Positions 30,219 through 38,565 of a DNA stretch of 64,000 nucleotides are shown in pieces. Where the stretch lies: assembly GCA_964411915.1 (NCBI GenBank), contig CAYPMB010000007.1:16531-80530 (forward strand), given 5' to 3'. The notes under the pieces were generated by a model. It did not search any database and was not told the origin of the DNA. It saw only the letters and a program-made list of their open reading frames with translations. How positions within the stretch are numbered: position 1 is the stretch's first letter; each line of letters starts with the position of its first letter. The translations under genes were made by a program, and so were the position numbers. The stretch is from an uncultured Faecalibacterium sp. Lineage in GTDB: Bacteria > Bacillota > Clostridia > Oscillospirales > Acutalibacteraceae.

Positions 30219-32126
30219 TCATTTCTCATCTATCCAAACCCGCATTTGATTTTCCTCACGGTTGCCCCAGGCGTAGTAGGGGATTGCCGTAGCAGTATAA
30301 TCGGTTTTTTCCGGTTTTGCATATGAATATAAACCATTGTCACAGTTTTTGGTTTTAAATGCTTCCATTTTAATGGGTACAATGCCATTGAGAAGTTGGG
30401 GGTTAAATTTCTCCGGTGAAACTTTCCCTTTTTCTTTGCTGTAAAGGCTTAAGATGTCACCTTCGTTGTCAACTCCCTCAAAACAGTAAACAAGTGGCCC
30501 ACGCTCAATGGCAATTTTTCCGGAAAGACTTGGGATTTTTGTGGAAGGATATACTTTTCTCGCTCTGTCATCAAGCTGGATTTCTATAATATCTCCGTCA
30601 GAAACCCTAAGGGTAATATATCCACGGACTTTCTCCGGATATATTACTTTCCCATTGGATTTGATATCGTATTTTTCACTCCAACCGGGTATTCTTATTG
30701 AAAGGTTTCCTGAGTTTTCTACCGTATATTTCACCGTGAAATTATATGGATAATCTGTTTCGCATCTTAGGGATATGCCGTTTTTAAATTTGACTTCCCC
30801 CGATGCAAACATATTGCAGAATGCCGTGTCATCTGCTTCTCCGTAAGCGTATTTACCAATGGAGGATATAAGTCTTGCCCCATTTGGCGGACAACAGGCG
30901 CAGGCATACCACTTCGGACGCATGGGCAGGGTATGCTTGTGGGTTTGAGCTTCTCCTGAAATTCCCGGGATAACTTCAAGTGGGTTCACATAGAAAAATC
31001 GTTTTCCGTCAAGCTGAATACTGCCGAGAACAGTATTATAAAAGGCTCGTTCCATTATGTCCGCATATTTGCCGTCTGTCTCGTTCTCGAGCATTCTCCG
31101 TGCAAAAAATATCAAAGCAATAGATGCACAGGTCTCCGAATACGCAGTGTCACCCGGGAGATCGTAATCCACGCTGAAAGCCTCACCGATAACCGTTGAA
31201 CCGATACCACCGGTGATATACATTTGCCTTTCGGTAATGCTTGCCCATAATTTTTTGCAAGCGTCAAACAGTTCCTTGTCCTCAGTTTCACTTGCAAGAT
31301 CTGCCATGGCGGTGTAAAGATAAGCGGCTCTGACGCTGTGACCAACCGCATTTTCCTGTTTCCTCACCGGGGCAAAACTCTGGTTGTACTTAGTGTCTGA
31401 CGGGTTCATTCCCCAAACTTTCCAACTTCGCTTTTCCGCCTCTTTTTTATAAAAGTCGGTGTCAACACCTCTCGTGTTTATGAAATGCTCTGCAAGTTCA
31501 AGCCATTTTCTGTTTCCCGTTGTGTGATAAAGCTTAAGAAGTGCAAGCTCGATTTCGGGGTGTCCGGGATAGCCGGGAGCATTGTTTTCGATAAAGTGGG
31601 TATAAATGTGTTGTGCATTTTTTTCGGCAATGGTGAGAAGTTTCCTTTTGCCGGTTGCCTCAAAATAAGCGCAAGCAGCCTCTATCATGTGACCCGAACA
31701 ATAAAGTTCGTGGCCTTCAAGAAGGTTTGTCCATCTTTTGTCCCTGTCTTTTATTGTGAAAAATGTGTTCAGATATCCGTCCTCATCTTGGGCTTGACCG
31801 ATTATGTTGATAAAATCATCAACTTCCTTTTCCAGTTCTTCGTCCGGCTGAACACCGAGAGAAAAAGCCGCTGCCTCGATCCATTTTGCAGCGTCACTGT
31901 CTTGAAAAACCATTCCGTAAAAACCGTCATCGTTGCCTTCCTTCCTTAATGCCTTCCCCGCATTTATGAAGTTTTTCATAACATGACTTTTTTCCGTATC
32001 CGGTGCTTCATCTCGTAAAACAGTGTATTGGTGGGGGATAACCGTGTCTTTAATCAGCTTCTGATATTTGCCGATAAATCCCTCCGCCTTATATGCTTGT
32101 ATTGGTATGCAGTTTTGAGTTTTCAT
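30219..32126 (-). CDS. glycoside hydrolase family 127 (beta-L-arabinofuranosidase-like, DUF1680)
   Basis: 635 aa with the Cys-rich CACCPPNGARL motif typical of GH127. Confidence 0.8.
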   Translation of the reverse strand: MKTQNCIPIQAYKAEGFIGKYQKLIKDTVIPHQYTVLRDEAPDTEKSHVMKNFINAGKALRKEGNDDGFYGMVFQDSDAAKWIEAAAFSLGVQPDEELEKEVDDFINIIGQAQDEDGYLNTFFTIKDRDKRWTNLLEGHELYCSGHMIEAACAYFEATGKRKLLTIAEKNAQHIYTHFIENNAPGYPGHPEIELALLKLYHTTGNRKWLELAEHFINTRGVDTDFYKKEAEKRSWKVWGMNPSDTKYNQSFAPVRKQENAVGHSVRAAYLYTAMADLASETEDKELFDACKKLWASITERQMYITGGIGSTVIGEAFSVDYDLPGDTAYSETCASIALIFFARRMLENETDGKYADIMERAFYNTVLGSIQLDGKRFFYVNPLEVIPGISGEAQTHKHTLPMRPKWYACACCPPNGARLISSIGKYAYGEADDTAFCNMFASGEVKFKNGISLRCETDYPYNFTVKYTVENSGNLSIRIPGWSEKYDIKSNGKVIYPEKVRGYITLRVSDGDIIEIQLDDRARKVYPSTKIPSLSGKIAIERGPLVYCFEGVDNEGDILSLYSKEKGKVSPEKFNPQLLNGIVPIKMEAFKTKNCDNGLYSYAKPEKTDYTATAIPYYAWGNREENQMRVWIDEK

Positions 32127-32163
32127 AAGATCACCTAATTTTGCAAAAGTTTATTTTAGTTAG

Positions 32164-32192
32164 ATTATATCAAAAAGCCAAAACTATTTCAA
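32164..32192 (-). promoter_or_regulatory. sigma-A-type promoter of the GH127 gene
   Basis: The minus strand reads TTGAAA, 17 nt, TATAAT. Confidence 0.5.
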
Positions 32193-32508
32193 CGGTTAAG
32201 CTGGTAGGAGTCGAACCCTATATGCCTAAAACACAACATTTCACGCACCCACGGACATTTTTGGCCTTGAAATGCTTTCGTATTGCGAGGATTTATGACG
32301 CAGTACCCAGGAAAATATGCCTAAAAAACTATATTGCGTTCGACTCTCGTCAACTTATATTTATTTTAATGGGTATGCGGTGCAGTGTTTCGATATTTTT
32401 AAGTCTGTGCATCAATTCTAATTTCGGGGAGCAGCCCTCGTAAACAGCGCAGATTTGTATATTATTGTCCGCAACACGATTTTGTAACCTGATTTCTTGT
32501 CACATGAT

Positions 32509-32740
32509 TATCAAATCACCAAACCGCTTTATCGTCTTATTATCCAAAACACCTCATGGCTCAATTGCGCATTATCAATTTTGTTATACCATATAACCCA
32601 ACATCTCAAGACTTTATTGCACACTATCAAATCCGTTTATAACATATAACCCCAACATCTCTATGGCTTTATCGTATATTTTCAAATTCCTTTATACTAT
32701 ATTGTTCTAACCTTCTCATCACTCAATTGTCTTATTTGTT
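32509..32740. repeat. four degenerate tandem repeats of about 55-63 bp
   Basis: The units start TTATCAAATC / TTATCAATTT / TATCAAATCC / TTTCAAATTC. Each contains a core like ATATAACCCCAACATCTC..ATGGCTTTATCG. Confidence 0.5.
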
Positions 32741-32814
32741 TTCTTATTATCTTATTATATAAAACCGGTGTTACAGACCTTCGGAAAAATATTTTAAAAA
32801 AGTTGCAAAAACCC

Positions 32815-32843
32815 TTGACATTTGCATATAATTATAATATAAT
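32815..32843 (+). promoter_or_regulatory. promoter of tRNA-fMet
   Basis: TTGACA (32815-32820), 17 nt, TATAAT (32838-32843). Confidence 0.5.
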
Positions 32844-32872
32844 ATCTAAGCACTCAAGAGAGAGCGATATAT

Positions 32873-32948
<76 letters not shown>

Positions 32949-32957
32949 GTTAAAAAT

Positions 32958-32989
32958 AAAGCACTTCTTCGGAAGTGCTTTATTTTTTT
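32958..32989 (+). terminator. intrinsic terminator after the tRNA
   Basis: AAAGCACTTC-TTCG-GAAGTGCTTT followed by a T-run. Confidence 0.75.
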
Positions 32990-33184
32990 ATCCAATTAGA
33001 AAATTGCCATGTAACTGTCATTTGGGTGCATATAGTCCGTTTGCAGATAAACACCATGTCATCATTTTTGCACCTTCGGATTGATTACATACCGACTTCG
33101 CCGGATTACATTCAACACTTCAGTTCACAGTAGTGGACGGAAATTTTCGCTTTTTTACTTTTTGACACTTTATTGAAAGTGACC

Positions 33185-33221
33185 GCCCGGCGGTATAGTC
33201 GGGCACTCAGCCGGAGGCTGA
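33185..33221. repeat. GC-rich hairpin mosaic (X-Y)
   Basis: GCCCG-GCGGTATAGT-CGGGC followed by TCAGCC-GGA-GGCTGA. Confidence 0.75.
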
Positions 33222-33333
33222 CAGTCCAAACTTTCGGTTTACACTGCCTTACAATGAATAAATATGACACAAATTTTCTTGTTTGAATTGAAATATGCGA
33301 ATAATTATGCTAAAATAGCAAAGAGGTGATTAT

Positions 33334-34755
33334 ATGTTTAAAATATTTATTAAGTTTATATCAATTATTCTTGTTTTACTTCAGACAGGTATCGGTTATG
33401 TCTTTGACTATAACGCTGTGCAGGTTCTTGATATAAACGAGTCTGTTCAGTATCAAACATTTGAAGGCTTCGGTGCAAGTACGTGTTGGTGGGCAGGAGT
33501 TATTGACAATCCGGAGCTTGCAAAAAACATCGCTAAGGCTTTATATAGTGACGAAGAAGGTTTGGGCTTAGACATTATCCGTTATAATATCGGTGGCGGC
33601 GAATGGGAAAATCCGGAGAGCCGACTTAATGACCCAATAAGAAAAACCGAGAGCTTTTATGTTTATGACGAAGAAAGCGGAGAATATGTTTATGATTTTA
33701 CCCGCGATGCAAACGCAAGACAAGTTCTTGACTATGCCATTGAGTATGGCGCAAAAGAGGTTGTGCTGTTTTGCAACAGTCCGCATTTTTCAATGACTGT
33801 AAATGGACACGCAAGCGGTAGTTATGAAGAATATGGTTCAAATTTACCAAGAGAAAATTATCAAGCTTTTGTTGATTACTTGTTGACAATAGCTGATTGG
33901 TTTGTCGAACAAGGCTATCCGGTTAAATATATTTCACCAATAAATGAACCTCAGTGGCAATGGGGCGGTGAAGAGGTAATACAGGAAGGTTGTCATTATT
34001 CTTCCGATGAAGCAACTGAGTTGCTTGCACTTTTTGCCGAAAATATGAAAGAGCGAAACTCACCTTATGGACTCAGTGGCCCTGAAAGCGGTCAACTTTC
34101 ATATAAATATATGGATTATCTGTTTAAGTTCTTTGGCAATGAGACTTTGAACGAGTATTGCGATTCTTTCAGCGGTCATTCATATTGGCTTGACGGCAGT
34201 AAAATTCAAAAGATTCTTTTCGGTCAAGTTTTCAGCAGTTTTTATCCGAATAAAACTTTTGAAATGAGCGAATGGTGCGAACTGCCCATGACAATAGATG
34301 TGAACTCAATTGACAGTGGTCTTCACATGGCTAATGTTTTGGTTGAAGATTTGGCTTTGCTTAATGCAACTTCATGGTCAAGCTGGACTGCATTGCAAAG
34401 CGATGGACTTATTTATGCTCAAGGAACTGATATATGTTATTACAACAGAGCCTATGCGTATAAGCAGTTTTCATCATTCATAAAGCCGGGAATGACAAGG
34501 GTTGAGGTTAACGATGTCTTAGGTTATCAAAAAGATATGGAAAAAGTGGCTTTTTCTGACGGTGAAAATGTAGTTTTGATCGTTGTCAATAATGCCGAAA
34601 CCGAGAAGACGATTAAATTGGCTGATAATTACACTCAAACTGAAATCTATGTTACTGATGGAAATCATAATTGTGAGAATATATCGTCCGAATTAACAAA
34701 TCAGCAGTATACTCTTTCTCCACGAAGCATAACAACATTTGTTTTCGCTAAATAA
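33334..34755 (+). CDS. secreted glycoside hydrolase family 30-like enzyme
   Basis: Signal peptide, FEGFGASTCWW, the catalytic-region pattern ISPINEPQW, and a second Glu in the MSEWCE context. Confidence 0.75.
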   Translation: MFKIFIKFISIILVLLQTGIGYVFDYNAVQVLDINESVQYQTFEGFGASTCWWAGVIDNPELAKNIAKALYSDEEGLGLDIIRYNIGGGEWENPESRLNDPIRKTESFYVYDEESGEYVYDFTRDANARQVLDYAIEYGAKEVVLFCNSPHFSMTVNGHASGSYEEYGSNLPRENYQAFVDYLLTIADWFVEQGYPVKYISPINEPQWQWGGEEVIQEGCHYSSDEATELLALFAENMKERNSPYGLSGPESGQLSYKYMDYLFKFFGNETLNEYCDSFSGHSYWLDGSKIQKILFGQVFSSFYPNKTFEMSEWCELPMTIDVNSIDSGLHMANVLVEDLALLNATSWSSWTALQSDGLIYAQGTDICYYNRAYAYKQFSSFIKPGMTRVEVNDVLGYQKDMEKVAFSDGENVVLIVVNNAETEKTIKLADNYTQTEIYVTDGNHNCENISSELTNQQYTLSPRSITTFVFAK

Positions 34756-34990
34756 TCAAATTTCAACCGCTATATCGTGTAAGATTAAGCAATGATATGA
34801 TTTTAATGATCGTTTTTTCGTATGCCTGAAAGAGGGCGGGGGGATACACCATAGATCTTTGTTTGCGAGTTTGATAAGTGCAAGTTGAAATCAGTATTTT
34901 AATCGTAAAGGAAAGGGCATTTTGCCTCTTTACTTGCATGATTTTTCATGATATAATTATACAAAATTCAACATTTAAGGAGACACGAAC

Positions 34991-35404
34991 ATGAAAGAAT
35001 TACTTTCTGTAAATGTACCTGCCAGTGTTGCCGTTATCGGTTTGGTGGGATACTTCTTCGCTATGGCGATTGTTTTCATTGTAAGCCCTATAAAGAATGC
35101 CGAGAGCTTTTCAGTTAAGCCTGTTGATAATGCAGGTAAGACAGAAATCAGAGTTTATTACGGCGGTATTTCCTTTGCATTGGGAGCATTTTTGCTTTAC
35201 CTCACAATAGCTTTAGGTACACCGTACTACTCAATGATAGGCGGTATGATCTTTGCAACAACAGTATTTACTACAAGAACAATTTTCCTGTTTGTTGACA
35301 AAGGCTGGAAATGCCCATATACAAAGTTGGCTATTCCCGCAGAAGGCCTCTTTGTTGTAGCACTCTGGACTTGCTTCTTCATCTCCAAGCACCTTTATGG
35401 TTGA
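34991..35404 (+). CDS. small four-helix membrane protein (DUF4345-like)
   Basis: 137 aa with four hydrophobic segments and a GGAGA RBS. Confidence 0.55.
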   Translation: MKELLSVNVPASVAVIGLVGYFFAMAIVFIVSPIKNAESFSVKPVDNAGKTEIRVYYGGISFALGAFLLYLTIALGTPYYSMIGGMIFATTVFTTRTIFLFVDKGWKCPYTKLAIPAEGLFVVALWTCFFISKHLYG

Positions 35405-35440
35405 TTTGGAGCTATACAAATTTACATATTAACAATTATG

Positions 35441-35471
35441 AACAGCAGCCTTATTGGTTGCTGTTTTTTTC
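35441..35471 (+). terminator. intrinsic terminator
   Basis: AACAGCAGCC ... GGTTGCTGTT followed by TTTTTT. Confidence 0.7.
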
Positions 35472-35482
35472 TGTTTGCATTA

Positions 35483-35571
35483 GCGCCCGGGGTCGTGGGC
35501 GCGTAATCCTCAGCGATTGGGACAATCGCCGCAGCCCGGCGGTATAGTCGGGCGGTCAGCCAAAGGCTGAT
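35483..35571. repeat. GC-rich hairpin mosaic (modules Z-W-X-Y)
   Basis: Four modules in order: GCGCCC-GGGGTCGT-GGGCGC, GCGATTG-GGA-CAATCGC, GCCCG-GCGGTATAGT-CGGGC and GTCAGCC-AAA-GGCTGA. Confidence 0.8.
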
Positions 35572-35671
35572 GTGGGAACAGACTTCCGGTTAATTAGCTA
35601 TTTATATTCTCACCCTTTTATGCTATAAGGCATATCTTATAAGGAAGACCGAAAGGTTGAATTTTTAAGGG

Positions 35672-35911
35672 GTGAAAAACTTGAATAATTATTGTAATCA
35701 AAACAATTCTCCCACAATGAATAACTGTCGGAGAGATGTGGGGATAAGCGGAGGGCAAAGCGTTCAGACAATTTCTGCGTTTCCCGAAAATTACGCTTTA
35801 GCTATGGCTTATGTACCGTTTCAAATCTGTAATGAAACTTATGATGCGGAAAAGGCATTGTGTCAAGGAACGGTTTTTCCGGCTCTTGACTTGCCGTTTG
35901 TGGGGTGTTGA
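35672..35911 (+). CDS. cotJA: spore coat-associated protein CotJA
   Basis: LAMAYVPFQ ... GTVFPALDLPF pattern. The start is uncertain (GTG 35672, TTG 35681 or ATG 35717). Confidence 0.7.
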   Translation: MKNLNNYCNQNNSPTMNNCRRDVGISGGQSVQTISAFPENYALAMAYVPFQICNETYDAEKALCQGTVFPALDLPFVGC

Positions 35912-36153
35912 ATATGAATAACGGTTTATTGAAAAGGCTTTCGGCTGTAAATTTCGCCATGTGGGATTTACACCTTTATCTTGATACTCATCCGGACGAT
36001 ACACAGATGTTAAGTTTATGGCAACAGTATGCGCAGAAATCTCACGCTCTGGCTAAGGAATATGAGAGTGAGAACGGCCCGTTGACTCCGAAGACGGGCT
36101 CAGGTGCTTGCTGGACAAAAGAGCCGTGGCCATGGCAGAAAGATTGTAGGTGA
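35905..36153 (+). CDS. cotJB: spore coat protein CotJB
   Basis: LLKRLSAVNFAMWDLHLYLDTHPDD pattern. It overlaps the cotJA stop. Confidence 0.8.
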   Translation: MLNMNNGLLKRLSAVNFAMWDLHLYLDTHPDDTQMLSLWQQYAQKSHALAKEYESENGPLTPKTGSGACWTKEPWPWQKDCR

Positions 36154-36157
36154 TAAT

Positions 36158-36271
36158 ATGTTCCAATATGAGAAAAAATTGCAGTTCCCGGTAAATATCA
36201 AAAATCCCAATCCACAGTACGCTAAGATTATCATCACCCAATACGGCGGTCCTTACTGCACAAAGATATAA
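36158..36271 (+). pseudogene. cotJC: 5' fragment of cotJC (Mn-catalase-like spore coat protein) truncated by prophage insertion
   Basis: MFQYEKKLQFPVNIKNPNPQYAKIIITQYGGP matches the conserved CotJC N-terminus. It then diverges (YCTKI) and stops; full-length CotJC is about 190 aa. Confidence 0.75.
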
Positions 36272-36274
36272 TTT

Positions 36275-37729
36275 TTATCTTAAGTGGAAAAAGATAAGGA
36301 ATTTATGGGTGCTTTTTTCAAAAACAATGTGCGAAACTATGTTTCTCAACATTTCATTTTTGGACTTGTCGCTGTGCTTGGGATCTCTTATATATTCTAA
36401 GACGGTTTCGATTTTTTTGGCAAATTCTTTTTTGTTAAATTGTAATTTGGGTTTCGTGTTTTCAAGTTCAGCTTGCAATTTCTGAATGTTAGCGTTGATT
36501 TCACTTTTGCGTTCTTTGTATTCTTCTAATGAATCAATTCCTAATTCATAAGCATCTCGAATTTTAATTAAACGCTTTTTCTCGTTGTCGATCATCTTCT
36601 TTATAACAGCGCTTTCATCGACTGTGTCACTTGTGGGCGATGCAACAACTTGAAAATCTAAGGTTACCGCTGCTGTTTCAAGTGCTTGCATAACCGTTTC
36701 GTTCGCTTTGCGAATTGATATGTTGTGAGATACATGACACTGACCCTTTGCGTAATTATGGCATTGCACAGAAGGTTCTTTTGTGCTTGCCATAACTAAT
36801 GTTGCACCGCAATTGCTACATCTAAGCAGTCCTCTTAACATCCACTCTCTTTTTGACTCCTGGCGTTGATAAGGCCGGTATCTTGCCTTTTGTTCATCTA
36901 ATCTTGTTTGAACTTTTTCAAAAAGCTCTGCCGGTATTATCGGTTCATGAGTGCCGTCAACAAGTATTACGCTTTCACAATGGGTCCGATATCTGACTTT
37001 GTTGGCTTCTTTGCCATCGGGATTCCAACGCATTTTACCCATATAAACAGGATTACGCAATATGTACTCCACGAAACGATTATCCGGAATGTTTCCTCTT
37101 TTGGTTTTTACCCCCATTTTGCCAAGATTGGTTGCAATGGTTCTAAACCCTTGTCCTCGATTGTATTCATTAAAAATATAACGGATGATCTCAGCCTGCT
37201 CCGGTTCAATGACATACCCCTTATCTTCGTTAATATATCCGAATGGGGCAGGGCAGAGCGGCTGGCCTTTTTCTGCTTTGAGTTTCATCGAACGCTTTAC
37301 TTCCGTTGAAAGATTGATTGAATAGTATTCGTCCATCGCTTCAAACATGGCTTCGAGTATAACAGATGTGCCTTTATCGTCACCAATGTTTTCTGAAATG
37401 GATATGACTTCAATGCCACATTGGTTTCTAAGTAAATTTTTATAGACAACCGCATCGGTTCTGTTACGCGCAAAACGGCTGAACTTCCAAAGCAATACTG
37501 CATCAAAAGGCTTGGGCTTTCTCTTCGCTTCAGTTATCATCTTGTTGAATCCGGGGCGCTTTGAAGCATTGCGTCCCGATATTCCTTCATCTTTATAAAT
37601 ATACTCATCGGGAATGTAAAAATCATGTTGCAAAGCGTATTTGCGTATTTCGGTAAGCTGGCTGTCCGGAGACAGATCTACTTGATCATCGGTTGAAACG
37701 CGTATATAACATGCTGCAATTTTTTTCAA
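36275..37729 (-). CDS. large serine recombinase (phage integrase)
   Basis: 484 aa with an N-terminal resolvase domain (AACYIRVSTDDQ), a recombinase domain, a zinc-ribbon CxxC and a C-terminal coiled coil. Confidence 0.9.
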   Translation of the reverse strand: MKKIAACYIRVSTDDQVDLSPDSQLTEIRKYALQHDFYIPDEYIYKDEGISGRNASKRPGFNKMITEAKRKPKPFDAVLLWKFSRFARNRTDAVVYKNLLRNQCGIEVISISENIGDDKGTSVILEAMFEAMDEYYSINLSTEVKRSMKLKAEKGQPLCPAPFGYINEDKGYVIEPEQAEIIRYIFNEYNRGQGFRTIATNLGKMGVKTKRGNIPDNRFVEYILRNPVYMGKMRWNPDGKEANKVRYRTHCESVILVDGTHEPIIPAELFEKVQTRLDEQKARYRPYQRQESKREWMLRGLLRCSNCGATLVMASTKEPSVQCHNYAKGQCHVSHNISIRKANETVMQALETAAVTLDFQVVASPTSDTVDESAVIKKMIDNEKKRLIKIRDAYELGIDSLEEYKERKSEINANIQKLQAELENTKPKLQFNKKEFAKKIETVLEYIRDPKHSDKSKNEMLRNIVSHIVFEKSTHKFLIFFHLR

Positions 37730-37907
37730 ATCGGCACCTCCTTAAATCCCAATTATAACGCATGGTACAAATATATTTAGCTGCTTTTTGTGAGCATTAT
37801 TCACATTAACGGCTTGTTTTTTTGAAATTCTCATTTTTAAGTCAAATTTTGCTCCCCTAAAAGGGGAGCTGTTTTTTATTTTATGTACAAGCGAACCGGT
37901 ACCAATC

Positions 37908-38321
37908 TCACCTTGACAGCTTGCCGGCAAGATCTTTGAAAAGGTAAAGGAAACATTCCTTGATTTTGCCGAAGATCTCATCTGCTGTCGCTTCGTCATA
38001 AATGTGAGAAGTCAGATTACGAGAATAGAGAAGATCAAGCCAGGCTTCTTCATTGTCAATGAGGTTGCTTGTGTATGCTTGGCGCATTACAGATTTAGGG
38101 CTGTTAAGGTCGATATATCCCTCATCAGTCAAATATTCACGGGCCGACTTCCACGCAAGTTCGGTGCAGAACTCAAACCTTTGTATTATTCCGTCCCGGC
38201 ACGATGAGAGGCCGCATTCTTCATATTGTAAAATTGCTTCTTCAAGGCGAGTGATAGCATTGTTAAATTTACTCAGCTTTTCATTCAGCTTGCTCATAGA
38301 GGATAACACCGTCTTTCTCAA
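37908..38321 (-). CDS. HEPN-domain protein (HI0074-type nucleotidyltransferase substrate-binding family)
   Basis: DGIIQRFEFCTELAWK and an Rx4H motif (SRNLTSH). It overlaps the MNT gene; the start may be 38297. Confidence 0.8.
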   Translation of the reverse strand: MRKTVLSSMSKLNEKLSKFNNAITRLEEAILQYEECGLSSCRDGIIQRFEFCTELAWKSAREYLTDEGYIDLNSPKSVMRQAYTSNLIDNEEAWLDLLYSRNLTSHIYDEATADEIFGKIKECFLYLFKDLAGKLSR

Positions 38322-38565
38322 TATTTTTTATAAGTACAGGTTCGGTTTTGCTGTCAACAAAAACAATATCGAACTTCAAAAGTGTATTAAGTTCATCAAC
38401 GCTATATGCAAAATTCACCCTTTTATTTTTATCTAAGCCATATATGGCAATGTCAATGTCGCTTCTTTCTCGGTTATCACCTCTGGCACGAGAGCCGAAA
38501 AGCACAATCTTTTCGATTGAATATTCTTCACCAAGACGAGCAAGTGAGTTATATATTTTTGTCAT
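38281..38565 (-). CDS. minimal nucleotidyltransferase (MNT) antitoxin-like protein
   Basis: 94 aa with LFGSRARGDNRERSDIDIAI (GS...DxD). Confidence 0.8.
   Translation of the reverse strand: MTKIYNSLARLGEEYSIEKIVLFGSRARGDNRERSDIDIAIYGLDKNKRVNFAYSVDELNTLLKFDIVFVDSKTEPVLIKNIEKDGVILYEQAE

Noticed and set aside
31485-31949. 154-aa plus-strand ORF opposite the GH127 gene.
   Set aside because: It is an antisense shadow ORF within a confidently assigned 635-aa enzyme gene.
32141-32443. 100-aa plus-strand ORF in the GH127 / tRNA intergenic block.
   Set aside because: It starts inside the GH127 promoter and leader, has no RBS, and its composition is not protein-like. The region is better described as non-coding.
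32197-32460. Possibility that the T-loop-like GGGTTCGACTCC marks a minus-strand tmRNA (ssrA) or tRNA gene.
   Set aside because: There is no 5' acceptor partner (GCTGGTA), no CCA and no tag-peptide reading frame with resume codon. The T-stem pairs poorly (2-3 of 5), and no D or anticodon arm can be drawn.
32509-32740. Possible degenerate CRISPR array.
   Set aside because: The units are contiguous with no repeat-spacer alternation and are too diverged. There is no palindromic repeat core, leader or cas genes.
37742-37999. 85-aa minus-strand ORF between the recombinase and the HEPN gene.
   Set aside because: It overlaps the HEPN gene 3' end in another frame and runs through the GCTCCCC...GGGGAGC hairpin, with no RBS.
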